Notes under the pieces: generated by a model
Told to the model about the DNA's origin: nothing
Seen by the model: only the letters and a program-made list of their open reading frames with translations
Database searches by the model: none
Part shown: positions 39,001 to 51,411 of the stretch, one piece after another
Layout: each line of letters begins with the position of its first letter
How positions within the stretch are numbered: position 1 is the first letter of the stretch
NCBI GenBank assembly: GCA_907165135.1
Contig: OU015569.1
Coordinates: forward strand, 11,408,001-11,472,000
Direction: 5' to 3'
Source: Oikopleura dioica
Lineage: Eukaryota > Animalia > Chordata
DNA length: 64,000 nucleotides
Translations under genes and position numbers: made by a program

Positions 39001-42000
39001 GGCGAGGAAAACCGCGATTCATAAATATGCCATAAGGGGTGATCTCTCGAGTTTTTTGAAGCAAAAGAGCCCGCTCTCTGGAGTTATCAATCATCACACT
39101 GCGGATGTTGGGCGAAAAAGCTGCACTTGCAGTAACAGCAATTTGCAGAGTTACGATTCCCTCGAGTTCAATTAGAGGAGAAACAATCTGGACAGGACTT
39201 TTAAAAAGGAAAAATTTCAGTATCGATCAAGGACGATCGCCCCGCCAGTCACTACTTTTCAAAGCGCTATAAAATTTTAACGAATAAAGATTTTTTCAAA
39301 TTTTTTTTTGTTTTGTAATTTTTGATCCCTTATCTATTTCTAGTGCAAAAATGAATAAAATCGTAAATAAGGAACTATCAAAAAATAGCATAATCAGCAA
39401 TCTAGTGGTGTGTGCAGTTCGCGCGCCACTAAGATTGTCCAAATTTATACAGTAACTAGCTCCGAATTTTTCAAAGACGAATATTTTCTGCTAGGAAAAG
39501 GTCTGAAAATATCATCCCTTTTTTCAAAAAAGACAAGATCGTGGCTAAATCGTCAATTTGGAACAAAAATTGGGGTGCGCGTAGTGGTCAAACCACTGTA
39601 CCCAGTACCAGGTCCGGACCAGTACCAAGCCCTAACCCTAGAAAATTAAGGGGGTGTGCATCTGAAAAAGAAAAAAGCCCGTCCAGATCATTGCTCCTCC
39701 CGGTCTCTCTCTCTTTTTTTATTTCAATCTCAAATTTGCGAATTTTCAATTTGCGGGTTTGTCCGTGCTTTATTATTTTTTTCTTCTCTGGCTCCGTTCA
39801 TCTCCCGTCTAACAAAGAGGCTACTCCTACAAGTATCTATTTTCAATGGTTGAGTACGCTGAAGAAAAAAAAATCGAGAAAAAAGAGGTCTTTTTATTAA
39901 ATTGTCGACGGTTAATCTATACTTTCTCAACTGGAGAGGAATTCTGATTTGCAACGAAATCAGCAACCCCTCAAATTGAGATTCGCATGACGTTCGTTCC
40001 CGCCAATTCCGCCTCTAATGCACAATTAAAATAGAATCATCATTTTCCTAATTATTCATATTCGCAAGAATATTGTTTTTAAACAGTCGTAGGGGCTAGA
40101 AATTGATGATCTTAAGATGACTTTTCCCTGAGCATTTATATAGTGACACCCTTATTTAGCAGTTCTAATTGATAAAATTTAATATTATTTTTTAATCTTT
40201 GAAGTGATTTTGTCCGAAAGTCTAATGCGATTATCACGCTAGAAAACCTAAACAAAAATCTAAAGATTGTCTATTCTTTTTGATAACAGAGTGATACCCT
40301 TAACTTTTTCTGAAAAAATAGAAGTAATAAAATTACAGTATAGTTCGGAGCTCGAAGTTTGGGAATATAAGGGGTTCACTATTTTAACTCATGAAAACTC
40401 ATGAAAATTGGCATTTCCAACATCTACCCCCTTAATCGTAAAACAAATAAGTTCTTTTTGTACCTGAAAATGGAACTTCGTCTTTTATGAAAAAGCTAGA
40501 TTCTAATTGAAACTGGAGTCACGTGACTTGAACTGTGGAGAAGCGAATACTCTAAGTAGAAAAAAGTCTGAATGGACAGAGAAGAAAAAACACTAAAGAG
40601 CTCAAACGAGCGGGGAATATTCGATTAATGTATAAATATGTAATTAAATGTTAAATTTTAAAGCATTGTTTCAAGCAGCAGAGTTCGGCGACCACAGTAA
40701 TTTTAGAAGCAGCAGAAAAAAGACGTGATTTTTGGATTGAAAAATTCTCTAATGTCACTAATGCAAATGCCCAAATGGTAATTTCGCTTTCTGCAAATTC
40801 ACTGCTTCGCAAACACAAACGGGCTTCACTCGCAGTGCCGATCGGATTAGCTTTTATTTAAAAAAAATGGAGAAAAAAGGGAACGCAATTTAAAATAACG
40901 ATGAAATAAATTATTATTATTGAGCTCGCTCTTATAAAAACGGAGATTGTTACTTCAAACACGCTCTAAAGGTCTCTCTTTTTGAAGAAACTCTCAAACT
41001 TGAAAAATCGTATTTTATTCGACTTCGCGCAGTGAGTGAGCGAGTAACTCCAAAAAAAGGGGGCTGGTTTTATGCTGATTCGAGCCCTTTGCTCGTTTCA
41101 CGGCTCGCTTGCCGGGAGATGCAAGAGTTGCTCTTCCCAGCAACTCTTTTGCGAGCTATTCAGGCGCAAACTAGTTCCTGTCCCTCTTCCATTTTCTGAT
41201 GTACTTACCTGGGCTCGACAACCTGTGGAGAAAGCTGAGTCAGGGTCCTGAAAGATATCTTATGAATAGCCGCGCTGCGGCTTTTTAAAACAAAGCAGCC
41301 GCGGAGCGGCTTCCCCAAAAGATCAAATATATTGAGATGGCAATTATGGCAAAGCCGCAACGCGGCTTCGTTTAAAAAAAAAGCCGCTACGCGGCTTTTC
41401 ATAAGTGCTTTTTTCAGGACCTTGACTCTGGTCTCTACACAGCTTGTCGAGTCCAGGTACTTACCCACTGTTTCGCCGCTTCTCGCTGCTCCTGGAAGAC
41501 TAGAAAAAAAAAAAAAGAAATTGAGTGAAAGGTTTGTTACTTTAATCGAACAATAAAATTGTTTGTGCGATTTACGTTTTTGGATTTGCTAAAAAGACTA
41601 AAGGAGAATCTCGAGCTCTTGGCCGATCCCCAGCGCGACGTTCTCATGGATTCTGACGCGCTAGAACCGTCACGTGACGGTGCCAACGAACTCATCATTG
41701 TCGCCGATAATGCCTGGTCAGTTGCGTCTTCGACTTCTTCGGCTGCCGGGTGATCTTCCGATTTTACTTGGAAAAGCTTTCCTAACATCCGTCGGCGTTT
41801 GATGATTGATCGGGCTTTGGAAGTTGAGCTTGCGCGGGTAACGCTGGCTTCGTGATCTTCTGATTTTGTCATTTTTGGAGAGGAACCGAGACTTGCCAGA
41901 AGACGCGCTTTTCGGGAGAAAAAGGATTTCCCTATAATTATTTTCTATTTTTGTTTTTTTTTAAGAATTTAAATATAAATTATAATATATAAGATGTTAT

Positions 42001-44520
42001 CGAATAAGTAGTAATAAAGACAATAAGACGATGAAATCACTTCACATTGTATTCAGGGTCATTGAATTTCAGGGTATGTTAAACAATTTCATAATCAATG
42101 GATATGGGGAACCACTAGAAAAAACAGAAATACATAGAGCTTCATTTTATACAGTCAATAATCTCAAACTTTGATATTCACGTTTACAGTAATGTTGTCA
42201 TTATGGACGATATGCCACTTGAAAGAGTTTATCATTTTGTAATTTTGAATGAAACTTTTAACCAGCTGTCGCTTTTATCCAAAAATCTAAGAAAAAGATG
42301 GCGCCCTAGAACCTACGATCTCAGCAGGTGATCGCTCGAAACAAACCACTTATAGTTTGGTTGCATAAAACGAACCACAGTGACTGGTAGCCTAGTTTGC
42401 TCTATCTGATGAAAAACTAGGACTTGTTTAAAATGAAACCAACAGTAAAAAAAAGGGGGAAATGTTTGACCACAAGCTGCGGAAGTGATTTTTTTTGATA
42501 GAAAAAATCCGCAACCTGCATCCGTCAGATTTGCGCTGGAAATGGCGCTTATCGAAAACTAATTCTGTAACACGCGCTGCAGATTGCAAAAAAAGACATG
42601 TTTGTGAAGGTCTGTTTACCTGATACCTGCGGCGGCGGGGATTTGGATTCTGACGGCGGCGACTTGGATAAACTGCTGAGTCGGGCGAGGCCTTTTGCTT
42701 TTCGCAAAAAACCACCACCACGAGGAGATTTTTTCTCTTCTTCGATTGATTCTTCGTCTTTTTCGCTTTTCGCCGACCTGGAAATGCTTCCAAGAAATTT
42801 CGCTTTTCGTAGAAAAGCATTTGGAGACTTTTTTTCTGTCTTTGGAGATTTTTCTTCAGCTTTTGGCGATTTCGTCAAGCTCCCAAGTTTGACCATTTTA
42901 GCGCGGCGGAGAAAAGAGTTTGGCGCTTTTGTTACGCGAATTTCGGGAATTTGCATTTTTGTGCTTTCTTCTGCTGCATTTACTGCTTTTGACAGAGGTC
43001 CCAATCTTCGGATAAGCCGCAGCTTTCTGATCAACGAAACTCCGTCTTTATTTGTTGTTTGGACGATTTCTAGCGGCTCTTCTTTTGGCGAACGAATTTT
43101 GATTCCTGAAAAAATGTTCTAAATTGAGGGTGGACTTGCTGTTGCTTACCGGATATAATCGAACGAGTTCTATTGCGAAGTTTTTGCGAAGCAGATAAAT
43201 TCCCAACTTCGAGACTTTCTTGAGAAGATCTGTCTTCTGAAGATGCGTCATCTTCTGACGAATTATCGGAGGAATCGGACGAGGAACCGGATGAACTCTC
43301 GAATGATCCACTGTCGCTTGAACAAGCAGAACCCATTTCACTTTTTACTTTTTATTTCTCGATTTTGAAAAAAGATCCTCTTTTCTATAATTCCCGAAAA
43401 GGAGATTGGGTCACATGAGATTAGGAAATAGCGATTTGTCAATCAATTTGTGAATATTTCATGCGATAAATAAACTCTTTCAAAAGAATCCATCAAAATT
43501 CAAGAGCGCTGGGGATGAACTACGAGACCCTCCCTCGTCAAACACCAATAAAGCAAAAAGTACCTCGTAGCTTGAGCCGTTTTGAGACTTGGCCGGAGCA
43601 GTGGAGTTTTCGAAGACGACGTCGCTGGTGGCAGGATCGCTCAAATCGCTCACTCGTCGGAGGGACTCCCCCGCTGGCTATGGAGCTTGCTCGGCGGATT
43701 GAGGAAAGACTTCGACGGAGATCTGCGGTGCTTCTTCGACGCAGAGGTGCTGGGCGGTCCGGGCCAGTGAAATCAGGACTTGGGGGCCCTAGAAGAAGTT
43801 AGATACCGAGGAGACCATTGATATGGACAGGCTTCTTTTCAAGAAGCTCCGCGGTATCCAATTTATTATGAAAAAAATGAAGAAGCCCATTTTTGCCAAT
43901 AAAAAGTACCTGCTATCCTGAGCATGACCATATCGTTAATCCTTTGAATATAATCAGGATCGAGCTCAAAATCTCTCGACTGTCTCCGTTTTTCTCGAAC
44001 CCGTTGTCTCTCCTCCCGCGCCTGCTCATCACTTTCCAGTTGTTTCCTTTTTGCAATATTATTTTTCAGTTAAAAATTCAGCGACACAATCATTGGCAAT
44101 TAAATGATACGGCGAAGTTGGATTCAAACTTACTGGATTTTCGCATTTTCAGCTTTGATTTTTTTCGGTTCTTTGGCGGCGGCGTTCTTTTATTTCTTCT
44201 ATATTTGAATTGACATTTCTGAAGAAGAAAAAAAATTAGCAGAATTTTCTAAGAAAAGATTCTGCAAGAAACAAGAAAACCTGTGTAGAAACCTGAGTCA
44301 GGGTCCTCAAAGAGCTTAGAATCATAGCCACCTTGCGGCTTTTTTTGACACGAAATTATTCGCTAAATTACCAGTCAAAAAAATACTTTTTGAGGACCCT
44401 GACTCAGGTTTCTACGCAGGTTGACGAGCCAAGAAAACAACCATTTCAACAACTGTACCTTGACTGTAATCTCTGTTTTCGCCGTAGTTCTCTTCGCTCA
44501 TCCCAACTCAACTCGACCAT
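33024..44520 (-). CDS. Large multi-exon low-complexity protein, caldesmon/LSP1-like C-terminus; probably several alternative first exons
   Basis: Phase-compatible exons from MVELSWDERR (44520) via 43336, 41500, 38820, 33690 to AVANAN* (33024); motifs VSTIDKFKDNY, LKDRMKMFE, GDIRSKISNW; isoform structure uncertain. Confidence 0.5.
36801..36900. mobile_element. Truncated hAT-like MITE (left end)
   Basis: CCTGTGGAGAAAACCTGAGTCAGG plus AAGCCGC/GCGGCTT hairpin; no right TIR. Confidence 0.7.
37365..37720. mobile_element. hAT-like MITE plus tandem partial duplicate
   Basis: TIR CTGGGGTCGGCAACCTGTGTGGAAAACCTGAGTCAGG / CCTGACTCAGGTTTTCTACACAGGCTGCCGAG; 8-bp TSD TACTGAAT (37357) / TACTGCAT (37545); second unit ends 37712 followed by TACAGCAT. 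Confidence 0.85.
38297..38316 (+). repeat. Short interstitial (CCCTAA)n telomere-type repeat
   Basis: AACCCTAACCCTAACCCTAA. Confidence 0.6.
41209..41456. mobile_element. hAT-like MITE with perfect 8-bp TSD GTACTTAC
   Basis: CTGGGCTCGACAACCTGTG...CACAGCTTGTCGAGTCCAG TIRs; GTACTTAC at 41201-41208 and 41457-41464. Confidence 0.9.
44278..44431. mobile_element. hAT-like MITE, same family, intronic
   Basis: AACCTGTGTAGAAACCTGAGTCAGGGTCCTCAAA ... TTTGAGGACCCTGACTCAGGTTTCTACGCAGGTT. Confidence 0.8.
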
Positions 44521-45014
44521 TCCTCTTCTTCTTCTTTTCTAAATTTATCTTTTTTGGGCGGTGGAAGAGAAAAGAAAAATAAATCAAAATTGGAGGAAGC
44601 AACCCTCTTCCTTGATTTCTTTACTTTGACTCGCTATTTGCGCAGTGTCACGAACTAAACGAGCAGGAATGCAATTATCAACAGTCGAAAATACAAGCGC
44701 GGTCGGTTCTCTTCCTTGATCTCGTCTCTAAGCGCGCGCGTGTGTGTTAAAAAAGTGTGTGCCCAAAGTCAAGGACAAACGAAGGAACAGTAAACATGCG
44801 CAGATAAAAGATTTGAAACGCTTTTACAAGTCTTCTTCGACAACAACAATGCCCCTCCTGTGTCTCTCTTCAAACAGCGACTGTAAGAAGCAGCTTACTT
44901 CCGAAGGAGCAGGCTGCCTCAATAGAAGCCGCCTGTAATCTTCTCAAAAGCCAGTATCGAAAAGAAAGAGTGGCTAGGTACAATAAATCGAAGAAATAAG
45001 CCTTCTTTTCGACT

Positions 45015-45145
45015 CTAGCCTCGGGAACCTGTTTGGAAAATTTGAGTCAGGGTCCTGACTGAAGCTCTTTCGCGACCCTGAGTCAGGGTTAGGATTAGGG
45101 TCAGGGTCCCTGACTCAGATTTTCAACAAAGGTTGCTGAGTCCAA
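45015..45145. mobile_element. Degenerate hAT-like MITE with telomere-like core
   Basis: Degenerate TIRs with TGAGTCAGGGTCC / CCCTGACTCA; core AGGGTTAGGATTAGGGTCAGGG. Confidence 0.7.
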
Positions 45146-46551
45146 TCTATTGTACTTTTTAGGAGAGAGCGGCAAAAATGCTCTTATCGAAAACGAACGG
45201 GATTGTCTTTATTCAGAAAATGTTCACCGTTTGTCACTAGCTGACTATCAAGCCGATATCTTTGCTTATTTTATTTTGGTTGCCTCGAACTGTAACTATC
45301 TCTATTGACAAATGTCACTTGAAGAAGGGGGCCATGCTCAGAGTACTGTTAGATGCTACAGCCCCGCGCCAGCATTTTTTTCCCACTAAGCGCTAAAGCC
45401 AGAAACAAATCTTCAAAATCTCCCTTTTGCTCTTTTTACACACGTCCTCAGAATTTATTCTCAGAAGTATTTGAACTTGACTTTATCTTAAATTTTATCC
45501 TGAAGAACTGACATCCTAATACGAGCTCTAACCCTAACCTCAAGAAAAATCTGCTGGTTATTTTGAGAGTTGGTCGAAAGTAACGATTAACGACATCTAC
45601 TCCCTTAAATTTGCACATTTCCAAACTTTCTCTTTCAAAAAACTCCTTAGTTTCTTCAAAAACTTCGGTTTTTTATTACCTTTGAATTCGAGGAAGACGA
45701 TCTCTTTTTTATGAAATTGAGAGTTAAACAAAGTGGTACCCTCGAAACGTGGAAATTAAAAAATCAAAAAAATGATATTTGGTAAATATTTGAAGTTTTT
45801 GGCGAAGGCGCCATGAACCGAAGTCCTTCGAATAAAATAAAAAATCACTGTCGACTTTGACATACCTTTCTCTTGTCGGCCTTGTGGTCGCGCTTTTTTG
45901 AGAATAATTCCAGCTTTTGGATGTTCTAGTGCTCTTGAAGGGAGAAACAAAGGAATGTGGTAGATGGTGGATCATCCATGATTCGCGCCTGCTCAACACA
46001 AAAGCTCAAAGAGCAACTGTTTTGATGAAGCGATTGTTACTTCGCCCTGCTTGTTTAAACATTCTCAGTCGAACGTACCCTGCATAACAGGAAATCGCCT
46101 TTGTCCACCCCAAAATCAACAAGAGTAAACGTTCACACGAGCTCACGCCAAATTACAGCGCAATTACCATGACATCTAAATGTACTCTATAATTTTATTC
46201 GCAAATTTATTCCAGAGCTCTATAAATAAAGTAAAGTAGAATAAGGACGGCGTAAATGTTTCGACGCTGAGGCTCGCAATCGTCTTCGGAGGATGAACAT
46301 GTCGTAGTAATGAAGCTGGAGCTTGACAGTGTGGAAGTAGTAATGGAGGACGTGGAGGGAACGGAAGGTGATGAGGACGTGGACATTGGCGTTACAGAGG
46401 TAGTTGAGACTCTTCTTTCACTAAATTGAAAGTGAATATTTAAAATTTCGCTTTTTATTTCTTAATGTAAACTTTATATTGATTGATTTTGATGATTTTT
46501 TAAAGAAGGGACAAAAATTGCATACCTTTCAATAACGCCGGTGGTTTCTTC

Positions 46552-46645
46552 ATCGGAGCCAGAGTCGGAGCTAGAGTCGGAGCCAGAGTCGTTGTCGTTG
46601 TCGATGTCGTTGTAGCTGTCGTTGTCGTTGTCGTTGTCGTTATCT
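46552..46645. repeat. 12-mer (GTCGGAGCYAGA-like) x3 plus (GTCGTT)n microsatellite, possibly an exon of a decayed minus-strand gene
   Basis: Direct reading; minus frame gives DNDNDN...SGSDSSSDSGSDEE followed by a GT donor. Confidence 0.6.
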
Positions 46646-46800
46646 TCTTAATCATGGATTAAATATTCACTGTAAATCGAAATATTTTTTATCTAAAAAA
46701 AAGTGAGGCCAGAATTTGAAATGCTCCTAAATGCTCGCGAGTGAAAGAGCGAGAGGGAAAATTCATCCATGCAAATTTTTTAGAAGGTAGCCGATCTAGC

Positions 46801-47625
46801 AGCCTCAATGAGCAGATCGAAAATCTCAACCGAGTCAAGCAAAAGCTTGAGAAAGAAAAATCTGAGGCCAAACTTGAAGTCGATGAGCTCCACGTCAACG
46901 TTGAATCCTTGACCAAGTCTAAGCTCAACTACGAGAAACAGACTCGAAATCTCGAGCACATGGAAGAGGAGCAGGAGTCTAAGCAAGACCTCCAGCGTAA
47001 GTTGACAAAATCCAACAACGAGTGCGTCCAGTGGCGAAACAAGTATGAGACTGATGCTATTCAGCGAACTGAAAAGCTCGAAGAAGCGAAGAAGAAGGTT
47101 GTCGCGCGACTCCAGGAGTCCGAAGAACAGGTCGAGGCAGCTGAGGGATGATGCGGTTCCCTCGAGAAGACAAAGACCCGACTTCAGGGCGAAGTTGAAG
47201 ATCTTTCTGCTGATTTGGAGCGAACCGCCGCCGCCGCTCAACTCGACAAGAAACAGCGAAACTACGACAAGCTCCTGTCCGAAGCTAAACAAAAGCAGGA
47301 GGAAGCCGCCGTTGAACTCGAAATTGCGCAAAAGGGAGTTCGATCTCAGCAGAGTGAGCTCTTCAATCTCAAAAATCTACTGAAGAGGCGGTTGATCAGC
47401 TTGAATCTATCCGACTAGAAAACCAAAACCTTGCCGAGGAAGTTCAAAAGCTTGTTGACCAGCTCCAGAAAGGATCAAAGACCATCCACGAACTCGAAAA
47501 GAGCAAGAGAATCGCTGACCAAGAACAATCTAATATCCAGGGTACTCTTGAAGAAGCTAAAGCTGCTATCGAAACCGAAGAAGCCAAGACCCTCCGAGTC
47601 TGTGTCGAGCTCCAGCAGCTGAAGG
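46801..47625 (+). pseudogene. Sarcomeric myosin heavy chain tail fragment
   Basis: [68 protein letters not shown]; TGA at 47149-47151, frameshift near 47380, internal deletion near 46955, no motor domain. Confidence 0.92.
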
Positions 47626-48179
47626 AAGAGATAAACTGGCGAGAAGCATTTTTCAACCGGCCGACAAACTGGAAGATGGGATTAGATTGGTATTTGAATC
47701 AGATGCCGAACTCTTACTCCGACGAAGTTACGTACGAAAAGACCCCGGACTACAATTTCCCCCTCGAGATTGGGGGATTTTCTCACATTTTCAGCAAAGC
47801 GCTCAATCAAAAGTTTCATTTAGAAAACGAAGGAGAAGGGAGAACTGTCAATGCCTGGCTGGTACTACTTACAGGGACATGGGAACTTTACAGAAGTCAT
47901 CGAGATTGCAATGAGGAAGATTTTAGAGGGCTCATTGCTAGGGATTCTAATCTGTCTAAGTATACATGTATGTAGTAAATCTTGAATAATATTCGGATTG
48001 AATAATGTTACATATTTTTTTCATCATTATATCAAGAAAACATAGAAAAAAATAAATATCTTTGATAACCTCTAATTCGAATCCAAATAAGCCTGGTGAA
48101 TTAAGCTCAGAAGAAATCCGCCATTGCGTGAAAGATTACTATTCTCGCTGGGATGCTCCTCTTTCAGGACGAGTTTATG

Positions 48180-49605
48180 CTCTAGGTCCTAGAGTCTAGG
48201 AATCTAGGAAGTTCTACGCGCCGTTTAATCAAGAACTCACCGAGAAATACACACATGAAAATAACGGCCATTGGAAGTGGTGAAAATTTGTAAATCAAAC
48301 ATCGTTCTACAGCTACCATTATCACCTGAATTACCTGAACATGAATGAAAAATGTCGTCGTCATTATCATCATCTTCATCTTCTCCTTCTTCGTTGTTGG
48401 CCTAGAATAAAAAATAAATATTCTGCTAGAACTCATCGATTCTTAATCGAAATTATAGAAATGAGACTCACCGATGGACTGTTTGGCGGCTGGGCTTCTT
48501 CCTGGGTTATCATGGCTTGCTGCACTAAACATCTTTCAAAAAGATGAAGAAGAAAATGGAGATGTTGAGACATTGTATCCAGTCGCTCTTCCCTTTCGGC
48601 CAGTCGCTCTTCCCTTTCGGCCACTCGCTCTTCCCTTTCGGCCAGTCGCTCTTCCCTTTCGGCCATTTGCGCTTCCTTTTCGTCCATCTAAAAAATTAGT
48701 TGGAATCAACTTCTATTGAAGCATATTTTCTCTGACTGTTTTAATCGGGAGACAAAATTTGTCTGCAAAAAGTTGGCAGTATTTTTAACCTAGACTCGGA
48801 AAACTTACCTCTCTCTCCCTTCTTTTGTTCTTGATCTTTTCCAATTCCAGTTGGAACCAGGTTACGACATATGCACAGGCATAAAGCAGCGCCCAGGAAA
48901 TGCCGTCAACAAGTTCGCAAATCATGATGCTTTCTAAAAAGTTACCATATTATTAGTAAATATAGATTGGTAAGAATTATAAAAAGGTTGAAGATATAAA
49001 AAAGAACGAGAAAAAAATCATCACTATTGTAGATGATCTTCCTTGATTTCATCGAAAAGAAAACTGATTCCAAGGATTCTTATAGATGTCTAGCAATTTC
49101 AAGCAAATACAGTTCTAGAGAGAATATATGCTTTTGAAACTTTATGTTTGTACTCTTGAAAGATTGCCCCAAATACTTTACTTTTCGTGGTAAATTGATT
49201 TCGCCCAAATAGAAAGTAGCTCCTCCTCCGAAAGCAATGACTTCTCCCCTGAAAGACCTGCTTATCAAAACAAACAGACCAAAGCGGAAAAAGAAAAACT
49301 AGCAATCAAAGAAACAAAAAAAGTTCCAAAACACTTTGAAGCAAAATCGCCCAGTAGACAATAATAAAGCCGACAGTTCTACTGCCAAGAGCAAGCCCAA
49401 GAATCCGCCAAAAAGCGCGAACTTCGTGCCGCCTATCCGCGTCCTCCAGCTCCTCTGGCTCGAGCTCTTCATCGTCTTTTTCCTCCAGTTGAAGACGTTC
49501 CAGCGACTCGGAAGTGGAAGAAACAGAGACAAAATCAAGCACCAGCCCAATGAGATTGTCGAAAAAGATCCAATCTGCCAAGAAAACTATGAAAATCGCA
49601 ATCAA
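48180..49605 (-). CDS. Orphan multi-exon membrane/coiled-coil protein or remnant
   Basis: Hydrophobic exons (49306-49605; ~48810-48930 ISWALLYACAYVVTWF) and AEREERL heptad-repeat exon with GT-AG boundaries; joining uncertain. Confidence 0.35.
48580..48680. repeat. 21-bp tandem repeat (~4.5 copies) encoding AEREERL on minus strand
   Basis: CCAGTCGCTCTTCCCTTTCGG repeated. Confidence 0.9.
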
Positions 49606-50034
49606 TACTGCTAACTCCGAGTAAAACTACGATTCAGACAACAGCAAACTGTCCTATAGGCTATAGCAGCCCCTCTCGTCTATCCGCCGCCAAGCCAATT
49701 GCTATTGTTCAACAGCAAGGTCCTTTTTGGACAGTAAATCGGAAAAATTTTTTTGCGTGCTCTTCAGTCATAAGGTCGTTCCAGCGATACAGCAGGTCTG
49801 AATAGTCAGTAGCTTATTTATTCTGGTCCGTTTGTCGTAATTTCGGCCAAAGCTGGTCTATACTTGGCTTCGAAATGGGGGTTCAATCGACAATCTTGGA
49901 CTCAGCTTTTCAAATTTTATCAAGACCAACTAAGCATTAATATCTGGGGTTAGCAAAAGACCGTAAAATCTTTCTTGTTCATGAAAATCTTCGTTGTTTT
50001 CACTCGCACAATAACTGTAGATTTCAGTGTGTAA

Positions 50035-51062
50035 ATGGGAGATGACGGGACGGGTAGTTGGGTCAATCCAGCCGCGGTCATCAAGCGAAAGCGCAAGAAG
50101 ACAACTAGGGCATCAATCACTTCGAAGACTTCAACGGAGGAAAAAGAAAACCTCCCGAAGAAGCCGCTAAAAACATTCAACCCTTTCGCCAAGCTCAAGG
50201 AACAGACAAATGATCCAGCTAATACGTCCTTGGGATTTAGCTCCCTTACAGTCGATTCCCAAACGGATGATTCACAGAAGGACGAGAAAGCAAATGCTAG
50301 AGATAATGAGTTTCTATCGGCGCTGGAAAACCACGGTAATGTCACCGACCTGCCAAATATCGAGGACCGCTTCAAATTTGAGAATATTCTGAACGGAAGC
50401 AATGGCAGAAGCCTCCGAAATCGAAGAAGAACCATTGCCAACATGAGGTAAAGAATACAGTAAGGTTCGCTTCTGATCACTTTCTAGAGATCTTGATGAT
50501 GACAGCGCTCGCGACGGATTCACTGCCCAAAACAACCTCAATCAAACCTGTAGCATCCCGCTGGACTTCAGCATCAAGTCGAAGATGAAGATCAAATTTT
50601 CCGACACAAGCGCTCTCAGACGAATTAAAAAGGAAGACTGGAACACTGCGATTTCGGTGACACCTGCTGATCCGACGAAGCTCTCGCAAAAGCTTGCTGC
50701 AGCTTGTCTGTACTCCGCTTGGCCCGCGACCATTGGAAAGAAATTCTACCCGAGGTACTATTAGATTGATCTGTTAGGACGTTTGTATTCACAACTCGTC
50801 AAGGTACGCTACTGATTTTGAACCATCGAGCCACGGCCACCGAGCAGAGTACTGGACTCAATTCGAAGAAACTATCGACGCTGCCTTTGACGCGCTCAAG
50901 ACCAAGTTCCTGCCGCTATTCTACGTCTTCACTCGCAGCTACTCAATCGTTTTCTACACTCACGATGGCAGCTCAAATCCGAACAACGAAGACAGCCAGT
51001 CTCAATCTGCGCTTTATCAATTCACTCCAAAGCCGTTCCCTCTTTCTGCATTTGAGCTGTAA
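50035..51062 (+). pseudogene. DONSON: DONSON, N-terminal half only (truncated copy)
   Basis: FNPFAK; IPLDFSIKSKM; LYSAWP...FYPR; LKTKFLPLFYVFTRSYSIVFY; two GT-AG introns; TAA at 51060-51062 well before expected C-terminal domain. Confidence 0.75.
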
Positions 51063-51411
51063 TTGCGCCGGCGACGCAAGGGCTCAAAAACAAACTCATA
51101 AAAGGTATATTTTGACTATTGAAAACATAGAAGAAAACACATTATTTCTTGAGCAAAATTGATCTCAGATCAATGATCTGCATTAAACTCTCCAACATTC
51201 AACTGGTCATAATAATAAATTGACATGCCTAATAAACTCTTTCATATAAAAATTTTTGTATTCAGTAATTCTAAGAGGTAGTCGCGAGCTGATTTTTATT
51301 GAAATTAAGAATAAAGAAAAAAGAAAAGTGTTTAAAAACAAATGAAAAAAAAACAGAAACAGAAACCAAAAAAGCGAGAAAAATAACAAAACGGAAAAAG
51401 AGTTAAATAAA

